Source: a virus (lineage: Duplodnaviria; Heunggongvirae; Uroviricota; Caudoviricetes). Taken from it: 64,000 nucleotides of DNA. The notes under the pieces were generated by a model. That model did no database searches and was not told the origin of the DNA. It worked only from the letters and a program-made list of their open reading frames with translations. Positions 29,693 to 38,985 of this stretch are shown here, in pieces (the stretch's first letter is position 1; each line of letters opens with the position of its first letter). The stretch lies in IMG/VR virus record IMGVR_UViG_3300009165_000005. One strand, 5' to 3'. A program made the translations under genes and the position numbers.

Positions 29693-32600
29693 TAGCTAAG
29701 CTTTTCCCTACGTTTGTACTCATAAATGCCCTGAGCGATCTTCCCTTTCAGGAAGTTCGCTAAGTCAGCCCCACCAATGCCATCCACGTGAAGATGGATC
29801 TCCCCGCCACCACCTCCAGCGGGTACAATTCTCTCTCCTCGGCCTACGGATGCTAAACCCTCACCCGGAGCTGGATTGACTGTTGCGAACCCTCCATTGA
29901 CTCCAGTAACAACACCACCGGCTGCATTCGGGAGTAAGGCTGCATTTCCACTCTCCCGAGCATTCTTCTGTTGATCCTCGAAGGCTGATGTTAGTGTGTT
30001 GAGGCCGCCAAACCCTGAAGCCTTCATTCTACTTAAGGTCTCTGCTGGATTGGTCGAAGTGTAGAGAGCATACTCAAACAAAGCATCCTGGGCTCCTAAG
30101 TGAGTCCCCTTGTGGATTACATCCTGGTAATCCCCATTAAGCTGAGTCTTGTCGAGTTTAACCCCCTTCACTCGCATAGCATTCCACAGATCTTGAAGGC
30201 TACTGACGGTGGCTCCACCTGTGAAGTCGATTTGATCCATGACTGCAGCACTCATCTTCTGCTCATCAGGTAGGGTTGGCATCGCTGTAGCTGGACTAGC
30301 TGTCGCCCCTGTACCAACGCCTTCTATAAGAACAGGATCTAGAGTTGGAATCGCTGTAGCTGGGTTAGCGGTCGCCCTTGTACCAACACCCTCTATAAGA
30401 ACAGGATCTAGAGTTGGAATCGCTGTAGTAGAGCTTGCTGTCGAGGAGGATCCACCCATACCAAGATTGGCGTACTTCCTACCTAGGGCTGCGGTCTTAG
30501 GGGCTCCTTCCATTAGAAGACGTCTTGAGATCGAATCTGTGAACCAAATACCCATCTTCGAGTAGAGATCCGCCATTTGGTCTTCATTGAGACCTCCACC
30601 AGAGATCGCTTTCATCACCCCCATAGCGTCTCCTTTACCTACCCCCTCCATTCCGGCTAGGACCTTTCCGGCAGCAGGTCCACCAATCCCCGCCGCTTTC
30701 AATGCGTCTCCCATATCAGTGGCCAGATCCCCCGTCAGCGATCCGCTAGCGAATAAATTAGCAATACTCCTCGCCTGTTCTTTCTTACCAACAATGTCCT
30801 TCTCGTCCTTAGAGTGGAGTAGTTGATCGATGGACTTAGCAGTGGCTGATCCAGACATCGACCCCATAAACTTGCCAAGATCACCACCTCCAGCAGCCCA
30901 AGCTTTGACCACGTCACCACTCTTAGAGCCCAAAGCAGCCTTCTTCTCAACAGCCGTTTTGGGACTCAAGAACTTTGCAGTCAACATATCATCTAGGTCC
31001 ATTAGGACCGAATAGATGTAGTTGTAGAGGGCATCGAAGATCAGATCCAACTTGTCGACCATGCTCTGAGTTCTCTGACCCTGCTCTTCACCCATCTTGC
31101 GCATCGCTTCAGCGTCTTTTTCAGCTTGAGTCTTGTTAGCGCCAGCGTTCTTCTCATCCAAACTCTTCCAAAGTTGGGTCTCAGTCAGTGACGCCACCTG
31201 CTGTTCGATGAGATCTTTCTGACTCGCCAAATCCTTGGCGGACATCTTCTCATCGATCTTTCCGTACTTCTTCAAGGTCTTAAGCAACAGCTCTTGCTCA
31301 TCAGCAGTACCATCAATTGCCCCTACCAAGTCATTTCTCTGCTGGTTGATAGCCCGCTCCATCCCAAGCATAGCCTTGGCCTGCTCATCACCACCGGCAG
31401 CCAAGGATGCATAGCGCTCCCCAGCAACGCCACCACTCATGGCCGCCTCAAAGCTTGAGGTACCAGCCGTGGCTCTGAGCTGCTCCTTCTTCTGGAGATA
31501 GGCTCCAATACCACCAACGTTCTCAAGGGCCATAGCGGCCCCATAGGTGCCCTTCTGAAGCTGTTTTGTAGCCAGGTCCAGATTCTGAAAAGCCTCCTGC
31601 ATTGACCCAGCACCTTGGAGCTTACCAGCCTTCTCCAAACCCTTGAGACTTACCCCACCCACCTTCTTGCCTTTGAGGATCTCGGCCGCTTGCTCTTTGG
31701 TAGCTGAGGGGGCTGCCCTCATGACCTGGGCTATCAAGTCCTCTTTCTGCTCAGCAACACTTTTCTTGAGAGCGTCGATACCCTTTGATCCACCAAGCAA
31801 GGTTGCCTTCAATCGATCCGTTATTGAAGTCCCTTGGAAACCCTTTGCAAACTCCTTCAAGAACTTGTCAGCAGTACGAGGGCTCATCACCTTCCCTAAC
31901 TGAGCAAGCATCTTGGTGGTCTCGCCTATCCTAACTCCATAGAGGGCTAGATCTGAGGAGACCCCACGGAGCATTGCGAAGAACTTGTTCTGAGCTATTC
32001 CAGAATCTTCTGCAGCTCGACCGATCATGTCGAATTGCTTACCTAGGTCATCGAGACCAGATCCCATCTGCTGCATCATCTCAGCTTGCATTTGGGCAAT
32101 CTCATCCACCGAAACGCCAAACAAGCGAGAATATACAATGGACTGCTTGGTGATGTCCGTGTACTTCTGGAAGCTAACGGTCATCTTCTCTAAGGTAACG
32201 CCCTCACGCTCGAGAGTATTGATCACCTGCTGGTGATCCTTGGCCGTTGTTCCCATACTGAAGTTCATCTTCAGATCGGTAGTCTCAGAACGTAGACGCT
32301 TGAGAGACTCATCCATCTTCTCCATGCCAGCTTTCACATTCCGACCCTTCGAGGCATAGGTATCCCAAGTGGACCCACCCTCAAGAACCGTACGGTTCAT
32401 CTCCTTCACGGCCGCGTCAGCATCGAGGAGGAGTTTCACTAAGGCAAAGAGAGCCCCACCTACCAAACCAAGCATCGGACCAAGCTTGGAGAGGCTTCCA
32501 AGTAGCGGACCAATGCCCTTCATTGCTCCACCGATGCCCTTCAGAGTAGCACCAGTCATCCCGCCCATCTCGGCACCCTTGGCTGCTACTCCAGCACCCT

Positions 32601-33291
32601 TGGCCATCGACCCCTTGGCGAGACCTTTGAGCAAACTACCAGACATCTTCATCCCGGCCCTACCGAGACCAAAAATGTCCTTCCCAGACATCGCACCAAC
32701 CGCGTCCTTGAAGCCTTCAGCTAGTTCGGCCCCAGTCTTGTGAGACTTGATTCCCTCGATGAACTCTTTAGCTTGCTTGGCTTGAGCAGAACGCTTCTCA
32801 ATCTCAGCTCCAGCTCCGGAACCAACTACCTTCTTACCAAACGCTCGACGTTTGGTATCATACCCTTTTCGAGCCATCCTGATTGACTTAAGACTAGCCT
32901 TCTTTTCGGTCTCGAGTTGATCCTCAAGTGTCCTCTTCAGAGTCACGTCTTGTTCCTTGAGAGCTCTCTTCTCGAGGACTGTGATCTTGGACTTCTCCCT
33001 TCTCACCACTTTGGTAAGGTGCTTATAGGCAAGCCCCATAGCCTTAAAGTCCTGATCAAACTTCCTACGAGTCTTAGGGGACATCGAGAAAGCAACCCCA
33101 CGAAGCGCATTCTTAGATCTTGCTAGTTCCTTACTGAAGTTCTGAATCCCCTTCGAGTCGAATGCTTTGATCTGAAGCTTTTGACTTACGGTCTTCCGCA
33201 ACTGCCTGTCAATCGTGGAGATTGAACGCATTGCCTTTCGAGTCTCTAGCTCGACGTTGAACGCTAGTTCGATATCTTCACGATTCGGCAC
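29692..33291 (-). CDS. tail tape measure protein
   Basis: 1199 aa, mostly alpha-helical and Ala/Gly/Lys/Met-rich, with a hydrophobic segment (LGPMLGLVGGALFALVKLLL). AAGGVV...GE.IVP...IHLHV end. Canonical position after tube and chaperones. Confidence 0.8.
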   Translation of the reverse strand: MPNREDIELAFNVELETRKAMRSISTIDRQLRKTVSQKLQIKAFDSKGIQNFSKELARSKNALRGVAFSMSPKTRRKFDQDFKAMGLAYKHLTKVVRREKSKITVLEKRALKEQDVTLKRTLEDQLETEKKASLKSIRMARKGYDTKRRAFGKKVVGSGAGAEIEKRSAQAKQAKEFIEGIKSHKTGAELAEGFKDAVGAMSGKDIFGLGRAGMKMSGSLLKGLAKGSMAKGAGVAAKGAEMGGMTGATLKGIGGAMKGIGPLLGSLSKLGPMLGLVGGALFALVKLLLDADAAVKEMNRTVLEGGSTWDTYASKGRNVKAGMEKMDESLKRLRSETTDLKMNFSMGTTAKDHQQVINTLEREGVTLEKMTVSFQKYTDITKQSIVYSRLFGVSVDEIAQMQAEMMQQMGSGLDDLGKQFDMIGRAAEDSGIAQNKFFAMLRGVSSDLALYGVRIGETTKMLAQLGKVMSPRTADKFLKEFAKGFQGTSITDRLKATLLGGSKGIDALKKSVAEQKEDLIAQVMRAAPSATKEQAAEILKGKKVGGVSLKGLEKAGKLQGAGSMQEAFQNLDLATKQLQKGTYGAAMALENVGGIGAYLQKKEQLRATAGTSSFEAAMSGGVAGERYASLAAGGDEQAKAMLGMERAINQQRNDLVGAIDGTADEQELLLKTLKKYGKIDEKMSAKDLASQKDLIEQQVASLTETQLWKSLDEKNAGANKTQAEKDAEAMRKMGEEQGQRTQSMVDKLDLIFDALYNYIYSVLMDLDDMLTAKFLSPKTAVEKKAALGSKSGDVVKAWAAGGGDLGKFMGSMSGSATAKSIDQLLHSKDEKDIVGKKEQARSIANLFASGSLTGDLATDMGDALKAAGIGGPAAGKVLAGMEGVGKGDAMGVMKAISGGGLNEDQMADLYSKMGIWFTDSISRRLLMEGAPKTAALGRKYANLGMGGSSSTASSTTAIPTLDPVLIEGVGTRATANPATAIPTLDPVLIEGVGTGATASPATAMPTLPDEQKMSAAVMDQIDFTGGATVSSLQDLWNAMRVKGVKLDKTQLNGDYQDVIHKGTHLGAQDALFEYALYTSTNPAETLSRMKASGFGGLNTLTSAFEDQQKNARESGNAALLPNAAGGVVTGVNGGFATVNPAPGEGLASVGRGERIVPAGGGGGEIHLHVDGIGGADLANFLKGKIAQGIYEYKRREKLS
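30271..30428. repeat. 69-bp tandem repeat (about 2.3 copies) inside the tape measure gene
   Basis: Encodes TAIPTLDPVLIEGVGT(R/G)ATA(N/S)PA twice plus TAMPTL; nucleotide copies are nearly identical. Confidence 0.9.
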
Positions 33292-33294
33292 AGG

Positions 33295-34593
33295 TTATCT
33301 CCTGAACGGGGTAGCGGTAGATCTAGTAGGGGGTAGGACCCTGATTTCAGAAGGGTCCCGGTCAGTTGTACCCACCCCAGACGTTTGATAAGTAGGGTCG
33401 TCTTCAGACATATACTTGCTGATAAAGGAGTCCAATCTCTCGTCAGCCATCTCAGGATATACGATCCTGGATGCTGCATTCTGAGCTTCAATCTGCTTCT
33501 TGTGCCAGATCCTTTCCTCAACCTCAGCCTTACTCAATCCTTCGAGACTTGTTACTGCAGAGTATGGGCGTGGTGAGTCTTTGCTCTTCTCCTCATACAA
33601 GTTCCTAAGCTTCTGCTGACGTTCCAACACTTGCTCTCTTCTTCTGGCTTCTTCTCGAGCAACGACCTCATCATGCCAATCCCTCTCCCCACGAAGGCTC
33701 CTCTCCAACTGATCTGCTAGCTCCTCAGAGGTCCTAGCTACCTGCATGATATAGCGACCCTGATTCTGAGCCGCCTCTGGACTCTCTCGTAAAATCACTT
33801 GTCGAATCAGCTTGTCTCGTCGCCTGACCTTCTCCTCGCGCTCCTTGATTCGACGGTCCTTGTCTTGAGCGTAGAGCTTACGGATCTCCTTACCCGCAAA
33901 ACAAGATCCAATGAACTTGGCGTTATCCCACTCCCTCTCAGCCCCGTCTTTCATGTCCTCATAGAGATTGAGAGCACGCCAAGCAAGTTGAGCATAGTTC
34001 AACCCAAGACTCTGAGTCCCTCTTATGCCAGTGGAGGACGAGGCCATCAGATCCAACCCTTTCAGTTGGTGCCAACGGTACCTCGAATAACTCTCGATCT
34101 GATAGGCTTCGGTTAGTACTACAGCATCCGAGGCCTTCTGGTTCACCTCAGACAGGTACTGGACAATCTTAGCCTTAGCTCCACCTGGTAGAGTTGAGAA
34201 CATTTCCTCCAATTGAGGCACCCAAGCATCACGATCCGGGAGGATGTTCTGACCATCGATCATAAACACGCCGTAGGCCATGAATGCCTTGTAGTACCTA
34301 TCAATCGACTTCCCGGTAACCAAACCTACCGGCCCACTCATCCATTGGAGATACTCGTACTCCCGGTGATTAATGGACTTGAAGACGAATTGAACGTCGT
34401 TGATGGTGGCAGGTAGAACCAAAAACCCACGAAAGAGAAGACTCTCAACATCACGATAGATCCTAGGATCTACTTCAGGTTCCTTGGGTGCCGGAATCCG
34501 AATGTCCTCTGGATCAATCTCTTGGGGTTCAAAGCTCTCTTCGGCGCCCTCTACAATTTGGTTGATCCTATCGTTGAGGGATGGGTGAGCCAT
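33295..34593 (-). CDS. putative tail assembly chaperone (second, GT-like)
   Basis: Lies between tube and tape measure. Charged and helical. N-terminal domain resembles that of 34597..35667. Confidence 0.5.
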   Translation of the reverse strand: MAHPSLNDRINQIVEGAEESFEPQEIDPEDIRIPAPKEPEVDPRIYRDVESLLFRGFLVLPATINDVQFVFKSINHREYEYLQWMSGPVGLVTGKSIDRYYKAFMAYGVFMIDGQNILPDRDAWVPQLEEMFSTLPGGAKAKIVQYLSEVNQKASDAVVLTEAYQIESYSRYRWHQLKGLDLMASSSTGIRGTQSLGLNYAQLAWRALNLYEDMKDGAEREWDNAKFIGSCFAGKEIRKLYAQDKDRRIKEREEKVRRRDKLIRQVILRESPEAAQNQGRYIMQVARTSEELADQLERSLRGERDWHDEVVAREEARRREQVLERQQKLRNLYEEKSKDSPRPYSAVTSLEGLSKAEVEERIWHKKQIEAQNAASRIVYPEMADERLDSFISKYMSEDDPTYQTSGVGTTDRDPSEIRVLPPTRSTATPFRR

Positions 34594-34596
34594 AGC

Positions 34597-35667
34597 TCAC
34601 CCCCTCGGTGTGGGCCGGTAACGAGGGTTCACCCCAGCTACTGGGGGACGATCCAGAATGGACCCAATGCCGTTAGTAGGGTCACTCCTGGTGGATGGGG
34701 ATGCCGAAACCACAGACCCACTTGGAATTGATTCGGCTAGCCTAGTTGAACTCTGAACTGCCGGAGCGGTTGCCACGTTGAGACGCTCAACCTCGGAGGA
34801 GGGTGGGGTAAATCCTCCTTCAAGTGCTTCCAGTTCTCGAGATCTTCTGAGGACCTCAGGAGAAAGAGGTATGAGAGGCTTGCGAGACTCCTCAGCGACT
34901 TCAGCCCGACTCACCGTTGGAGGGGTAGGCACCGGAATACTCACAGAGCGTTGATTCAAGGGTACCCGGGCGGGTCTTACCTGTTGCTCTGAAGTCGCAA
35001 GCGTGGGTGCTGGAGCTTCACTCTCAGAGGAACGACCGTTGTTGATCTCAGAGGCTACCCGACCCAAACGCTTGTCAATGGTCTCAAGCTCCTCCTTCGA
35101 GGTCTTGGACAAGTACCCAATCTCATCAAGGATCCTGCCCACCAGCTCAAACGGGATCTGCCCTTCAAGTTCCTTAGCCTCCAAGAGCAACCGCTTAAAC
35201 TTGTCCTCTGGAGTCTCATCAGGGACTCGGAACTCGATCCCCTCCACAGCCTTTTGCTCAGCAAGTTCGATGACGTCACTAAATTTACGAAAAGCTGAGT
35301 TGATGGATTCCTGAGACCAGCTCGCTAGGATGTATTCCGCAACGAACTTGTGACGTTCAAGGGCGATGGTCTTAACCTCATCGCCCTCTTCGATCTCAAC
35401 CTCAATGAATTCGAACTCTCTAAGGCTCTCCCCATTGATCTCGATAAGCGATCTGCACAAGTGCCCTATCCTGTAGCCCGTCATGTACTCGATGTCTTCT
35501 AGCCCATCGATCTCCTCCATTACAGCCTTGATCTCTCCAGGCTGTAAGCTACGTAGGACTATGTCGCAACCGTCTATCGTAAACCGTTCTTCTACCTCAC
35601 CTACTCGTTGAGCCTTCTGAATTGCGTCTTGAATCTTGCTAGCTTTGAGTCTTTTTGCCATTCTCAT
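34597..35667 (-). CDS. putative tail assembly chaperone (first, G-like) with low-complexity C-terminus
   Basis: Directly after the tube gene. Acidic N-terminal domain (FTIDG.DIVLRSL...E) and Pro/Ser-rich tail. Confidence 0.55.
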   Translation of the reverse strand: MRMAKRLKASKIQDAIQKAQRVGEVEERFTIDGCDIVLRSLQPGEIKAVMEEIDGLEDIEYMTGYRIGHLCRSLIEINGESLREFEFIEVEIEEGDEVKTIALERHKFVAEYILASWSQESINSAFRKFSDVIELAEQKAVEGIEFRVPDETPEDKFKRLLLEAKELEGQIPFELVGRILDEIGYLSKTSKEELETIDKRLGRVASEINNGRSSESEAPAPTLATSEQQVRPARVPLNQRSVSIPVPTPPTVSRAEVAEESRKPLIPLSPEVLRRSRELEALEGGFTPPSSEVERLNVATAPAVQSSTRLAESIPSGSVVSASPSTRSDPTNGIGSILDRPPVAGVNPRYRPTPRG

Positions 35668-35699
35668 ACCTACGGTGTGAGAAGGACTTAGCGGGGGAT

Positions 35700-35889
35700 A
35701 CGGGGAACTGAAATTTACATCTACATCCCAGCTAGAGGTAATCTAGGCTCCACAAGGGAGATTGGGGCATGAGGATCTGTATCTAATCTGATCTTGTGTA
35801 CATTCACATCCGTGTCCGCTGGTCCATCTCATCTATTGCCTCGGAGATAACCACGTCTTAGGGAATCGTCCCAAGTGCCACGTCTTAGG
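35700..35889 (-). promoter_or_regulatory. long leader with RRAT (AGAT/GGAT) repeats and a 12-bp direct repeat
   Basis: CCTAAGACGTGG occurs twice (35851-35862, 35878-35889) around a GGGA-CGAT-TCCC mini-hairpin. Contains AGATCAGATTAGATACAGATCC and GGATGTAGATGT. Confidence 0.5.
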
Positions 35890-36607
35890 TGACTAAGCCT
35901 ACCTTAGGCTGTGCACCACCCGCAAATCTCAGAGAGAACCCAGCTCCAGCAGTACCACCGCCACCCGGGGAAAGACCCGAATCGATGAACTCGCCATAGT
36001 TGGACACTCCGTCGATGATATCGGTTACCGTGACTGAACTGTTCTCAGCCACAATGGCTGCATCAGAAGTAAAGGATGCAGAATAGCTGTTGAGCCAACA
36101 CCCTTCAAAGAAGGTGAAAAGCGCCTTGATATTGTTGGTGTACATGTTGTTCACACCAGAAGGCTGAGCCATTGCGCTCTTAACCGCGATTGGAACCCCA
36201 ACAATATCTTCCTTCGAGCTAATCTCACTGAAGACTAACTCCTGCTTGATGTCGAAGGGCCAACGGTGATGACGAAGAGACCTTACAAGCCCCTCGATTC
36301 CACCCTTGTAACCCAACACCTGGAAGATGTTGACCGTGTACATCAAGGTACGGTTCAAGGTCAACGTCATAGGCTCAGTAACGCCGGGAACGAGCTCGGC
36401 GATCATATCGCCGAAACCAACCCCACGTACCGGATCAATAGTACGTGATTCGTCAAAGCCAAATTCCGAGACTGCGCCGATCTGTTGGAACTTGTTCTTT
36501 GAAACCATGTAGGAATACAATTTATTCTTTTGTGATACCGCAAACCGAGTATTCGGAGCGGTCCCGGCCCGGTAGACAAATGTGTCCAATTCACGAGGAG
36601 ATCCCAT
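35885..36607 (-). CDS. contractile tail tube protein (gp19-like)
   Basis: IGAVSEFGFDESRTI.PVRG.GFGD.IAELVPG...TLTLNR, PFDIKQ and FEGCWLNSYS.......IVAEN.SV.V fit the tube-fold pattern. 240 aa, upstream of chaperones and tape measure. Confidence 0.8.
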   Translation of the reverse strand: MGSPRELDTFVYRAGTAPNTRFAVSQKNKLYSYMVSKNKFQQIGAVSEFGFDESRTIDPVRGVGFGDMIAELVPGVTEPMTLTLNRTLMYTVNIFQVLGYKGGIEGLVRSLRHHRWPFDIKQELVFSEISSKEDIVGVPIAVKSAMAQPSGVNNMYTNNIKALFTFFEGCWLNSYSASFTSDAAIVAENSSVTVTDIIDGVSNYGEFIDSGLSPGGGGTAGAGFSLRFAGGAQPKVGLVT

Positions 36608-36610
36608 AAC

Positions 36611-37457
36611 TCACTCTCTACTTTCGTTTTGGTTAGCTTGTTTTTTAACTACTATAGGGAATAGGTGGGGATCCTTTGACCCCTTCTTAGAGTTACAAGG
36701 CTGACAAGCTGGGACAATGTTAGACCTTGTATGAGTACCACCTTTAGAGATCGGAACACGATGGTCTTGGGTTAGCTTCATTGGAACAGCCACAATAAGC
36801 ACATTAAAACCCAAACTCGTTGAGGATCTCCAACCATTGATCAAAGGTGAAGTCAGAATCCTGAACAATAGCATATCGTCGAAGACGGGCTTCAGGGTGT
36901 TCAGTATGCCACTTACGTTTTAAAGCACGGACTCGTTCTCGATTGGAAGATACCCAATTGGTATATAACTCACGAACCCTCTCAGGATTGTTCTCCCTCC
37001 ACCGCTTAGAAGACGCCTTAGCTTGCTCAGGATTGTTCTTCAACCAAGCATGGTAAGTGGCCTTAGCTTGCTCAGGGTGATTAACCTTCCAAAGTTTAGA
37101 GGCAGCCAATCGGCGCTCAGAGTTAGAGTAGTATACCCTATGTCGTTCTCTCTCAACCACCCTCTCTTCTTCAGAAAAAGGATGAGAATCTCGAAACGCC
37201 TTGGAACGCTCACGGGAAACCTTTCGTTCTTCCTCAGTAAGCGGGTTGGCTTTTCTCTGATCTTTTCCCTTCTTAGAACAGCACTCTCTGCACCAAGAGT
37301 ACCGACCGTACTTACCTGTCTTATGCTTCTTGAAAGCACTAAGGGGCAGACCCCTGCCACAAGGACCAGTACAGACCTTCTTCTCAAGCGCGCCATCGTC
37401 AAGATCAAGCAGTACTTGATCTTGAGCAGACGACGGAAGAAGGTTTGAAGTCAGCAT
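36611..37457 (-). pseudogene. HNH homing endonuclease pseudogene (in-frame stop plus frameshift)
   Basis: Frame reads FTFDQWLEILNEFGF-TAA(36804-36806)-CAYCG. KLTQDHRVPISKGGTHTRSNIVPACQPCNSKKG then continues one base out of frame to 36611. N-terminal CTGPC..CRECC Zn-ribbon and W..N.PE repeats. Confidence 0.85.
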
Positions 37458-38797
37458 TAGGCAAAGTGAGATTGGATCTGATCAACCATCCCGGACAGCT
37501 TACGTAGCTCTGCACTGAGTGATGGATCATCAAGGCTTGATTCCTTGATCAGGGTATCCAGCTTCATAGTGATGAGGTTCAGGTCTTTTCTGGCAATTTC
37601 GGCACCCTTTTTCGAACTAGCTTCGATAGTTCGAAAAGCGTTCTCGACTTTAGACATCACCGAATCGGCGAATGCCTCATTGATGAAGGGTACCTCGGAG
37701 GCAGCCAACTTGTAGTAAGTGGTGTTTTTGCTCTGATCCTCACCAGCGTAGGGGTTCTCGACTTTCGTCTGCTTAGCAACGTCCTCAGCAGGTCCAGTGA
37801 CTTCACCCTCGGAGGCCTTCTTGACCTTCAGCTCTCCGTACTCACCACTTTGAACAGCGGGGTCATAACGTTTGGCAAGGCGCTCAGCTAAGGTCTTCTT
37901 GAGTTCCATGGGAAACATAGTCCTTGGGTTGGCTTCGAATTCTTTGGCATAGGCCTTGACCCCACTTTCGACCCAATACAACCAAAGCTTGGGGGATTGC
38001 TCGGGGTCATACTTACCGGACTCCATCTTTCGCTTCAGGTTAGCGATGATGCTATTGAACTGAGCGTGCAGAGACCCTGTGTTGTCCATGAACAACTCCA
38101 AGTCCTCGAGCACATCCTCATCAACTGCTGCCTTGATGGTCTTCCCGGTGACCTCCGAAAAGAGATCTGAGGCTGTCAAATGGAAGGAGCTGACGTCCAC
38201 TTCCGAAGCTGACCCACAACCTTCAACCTTCGAAAGCACTTCTTCCAGGCTAGCGAGTTTGAAGTAGAAGGCTTGATTGTCACTCTGGCCCTTGGGGGGC
38301 TTCCCCAACTCGGCCACGAGAGCCTTCAAGGAATCGACAGAACCCTTGAGTTGATCGGCACTCTGAGACCCAGAGGCATGCTCCTTGGCTGTTTGCTCGA
38401 TCAAAGCGATCTGCTTCTCAAGCTCATCAATCTGACTTCGAATCGCCTCAGCCTGTGCGGTATCTGGATCCATACTAGTGCCTCGACCTTGTTGCTCAGC
38501 TCCAACGTGTGTGGTAATCAATGGAACAGCTGGGATAAACGGATCATCGTCTGAAGCCCAACGTGCGCGCTTGGGCTTCAACAAGTCCTCTAAAGCAAAC
38601 AAATCAACAGCAATGATCGCCTGTTTTGTTTTGAGAAACGTGTCCAAAGCCCTACGACACTCGTGAGATCCACGAACTAGGGAGGAAACTAACTTGAGAA
38701 CGGACACAGATCCCAAGTTGATCTCCCTACCATCTGGGAGATCTACGTAGTCTCGAAAGCCATCGGTAGCAACTGTGACCAGAGTTCGTTGATTCAT
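37457..38797 (-). CDS. hypothetical acidic multidomain protein; candidate internal head (packaged) protein
   Basis: 446 aa with coiled coils, a central helical domain (DLELFMDN...NLKRK...GKYD....KLW.Y.V..G.KAY.KEF) and several [KR]xAS motifs. Confidence 0.5.
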   Translation of the reverse strand: MNQRTLVTVATDGFRDYVDLPDGREINLGSVSVLKLVSSLVRGSHECRRALDTFLKTKQAIIAVDLFALEDLLKPKRARWASDDDPFIPAVPLITTHVGAEQQGRGTSMDPDTAQAEAIRSQIDELEKQIALIEQTAKEHASGSQSADQLKGSVDSLKALVAELGKPPKGQSDNQAFYFKLASLEEVLSKVEGCGSASEVDVSSFHLTASDLFSEVTGKTIKAAVDEDVLEDLELFMDNTGSLHAQFNSIIANLKRKMESGKYDPEQSPKLWLYWVESGVKAYAKEFEANPRTMFPMELKKTLAERLAKRYDPAVQSGEYGELKVKKASEGEVTGPAEDVAKQTKVENPYAGEDQSKNTTYYKLAASEVPFINEAFADSVMSKVENAFRTIEASSKKGAEIARKDLNLITMKLDTLIKESSLDDPSLSAELRKLSGMVDQIQSHFA

Positions 38798-38985
38798 CTT
38801 CGTACAAGCGCGCGAGTAGGGCTACTCTGTACTTGTAACAACAAGATTACAACTCGAGTTCCGATCTGGTGGAGGCACGGGATAGTATCCGATGCAGGTT
38901 GGGTTAATAACTCAACCTAGAACTCAGTGACTTTTGGGTCTGTTGGATCCAATGGGGATCTTCTTTGACTGTATCCCATGCCTAG

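Noticed and set aside
34594-34599. In-frame TGA-GCT-ATG junction suggesting read-through fusion of the two chaperone genes
   Set aside because: The same 3-nt in-frame spacer occurs at several unrelated junctions (23627, 33292, 36608, 40692, 61073), some with TAA, so it is not specific evidence of read-through.
35743-35832. 29-aa Cys-rich micro-ORF (MRWTSGHGCEC...) in the post-tube leader
   Set aside because: Only weak RBS support, and its sequence is explained by the nucleotide repeat pattern. It cannot be excluded without ribosome profiling.
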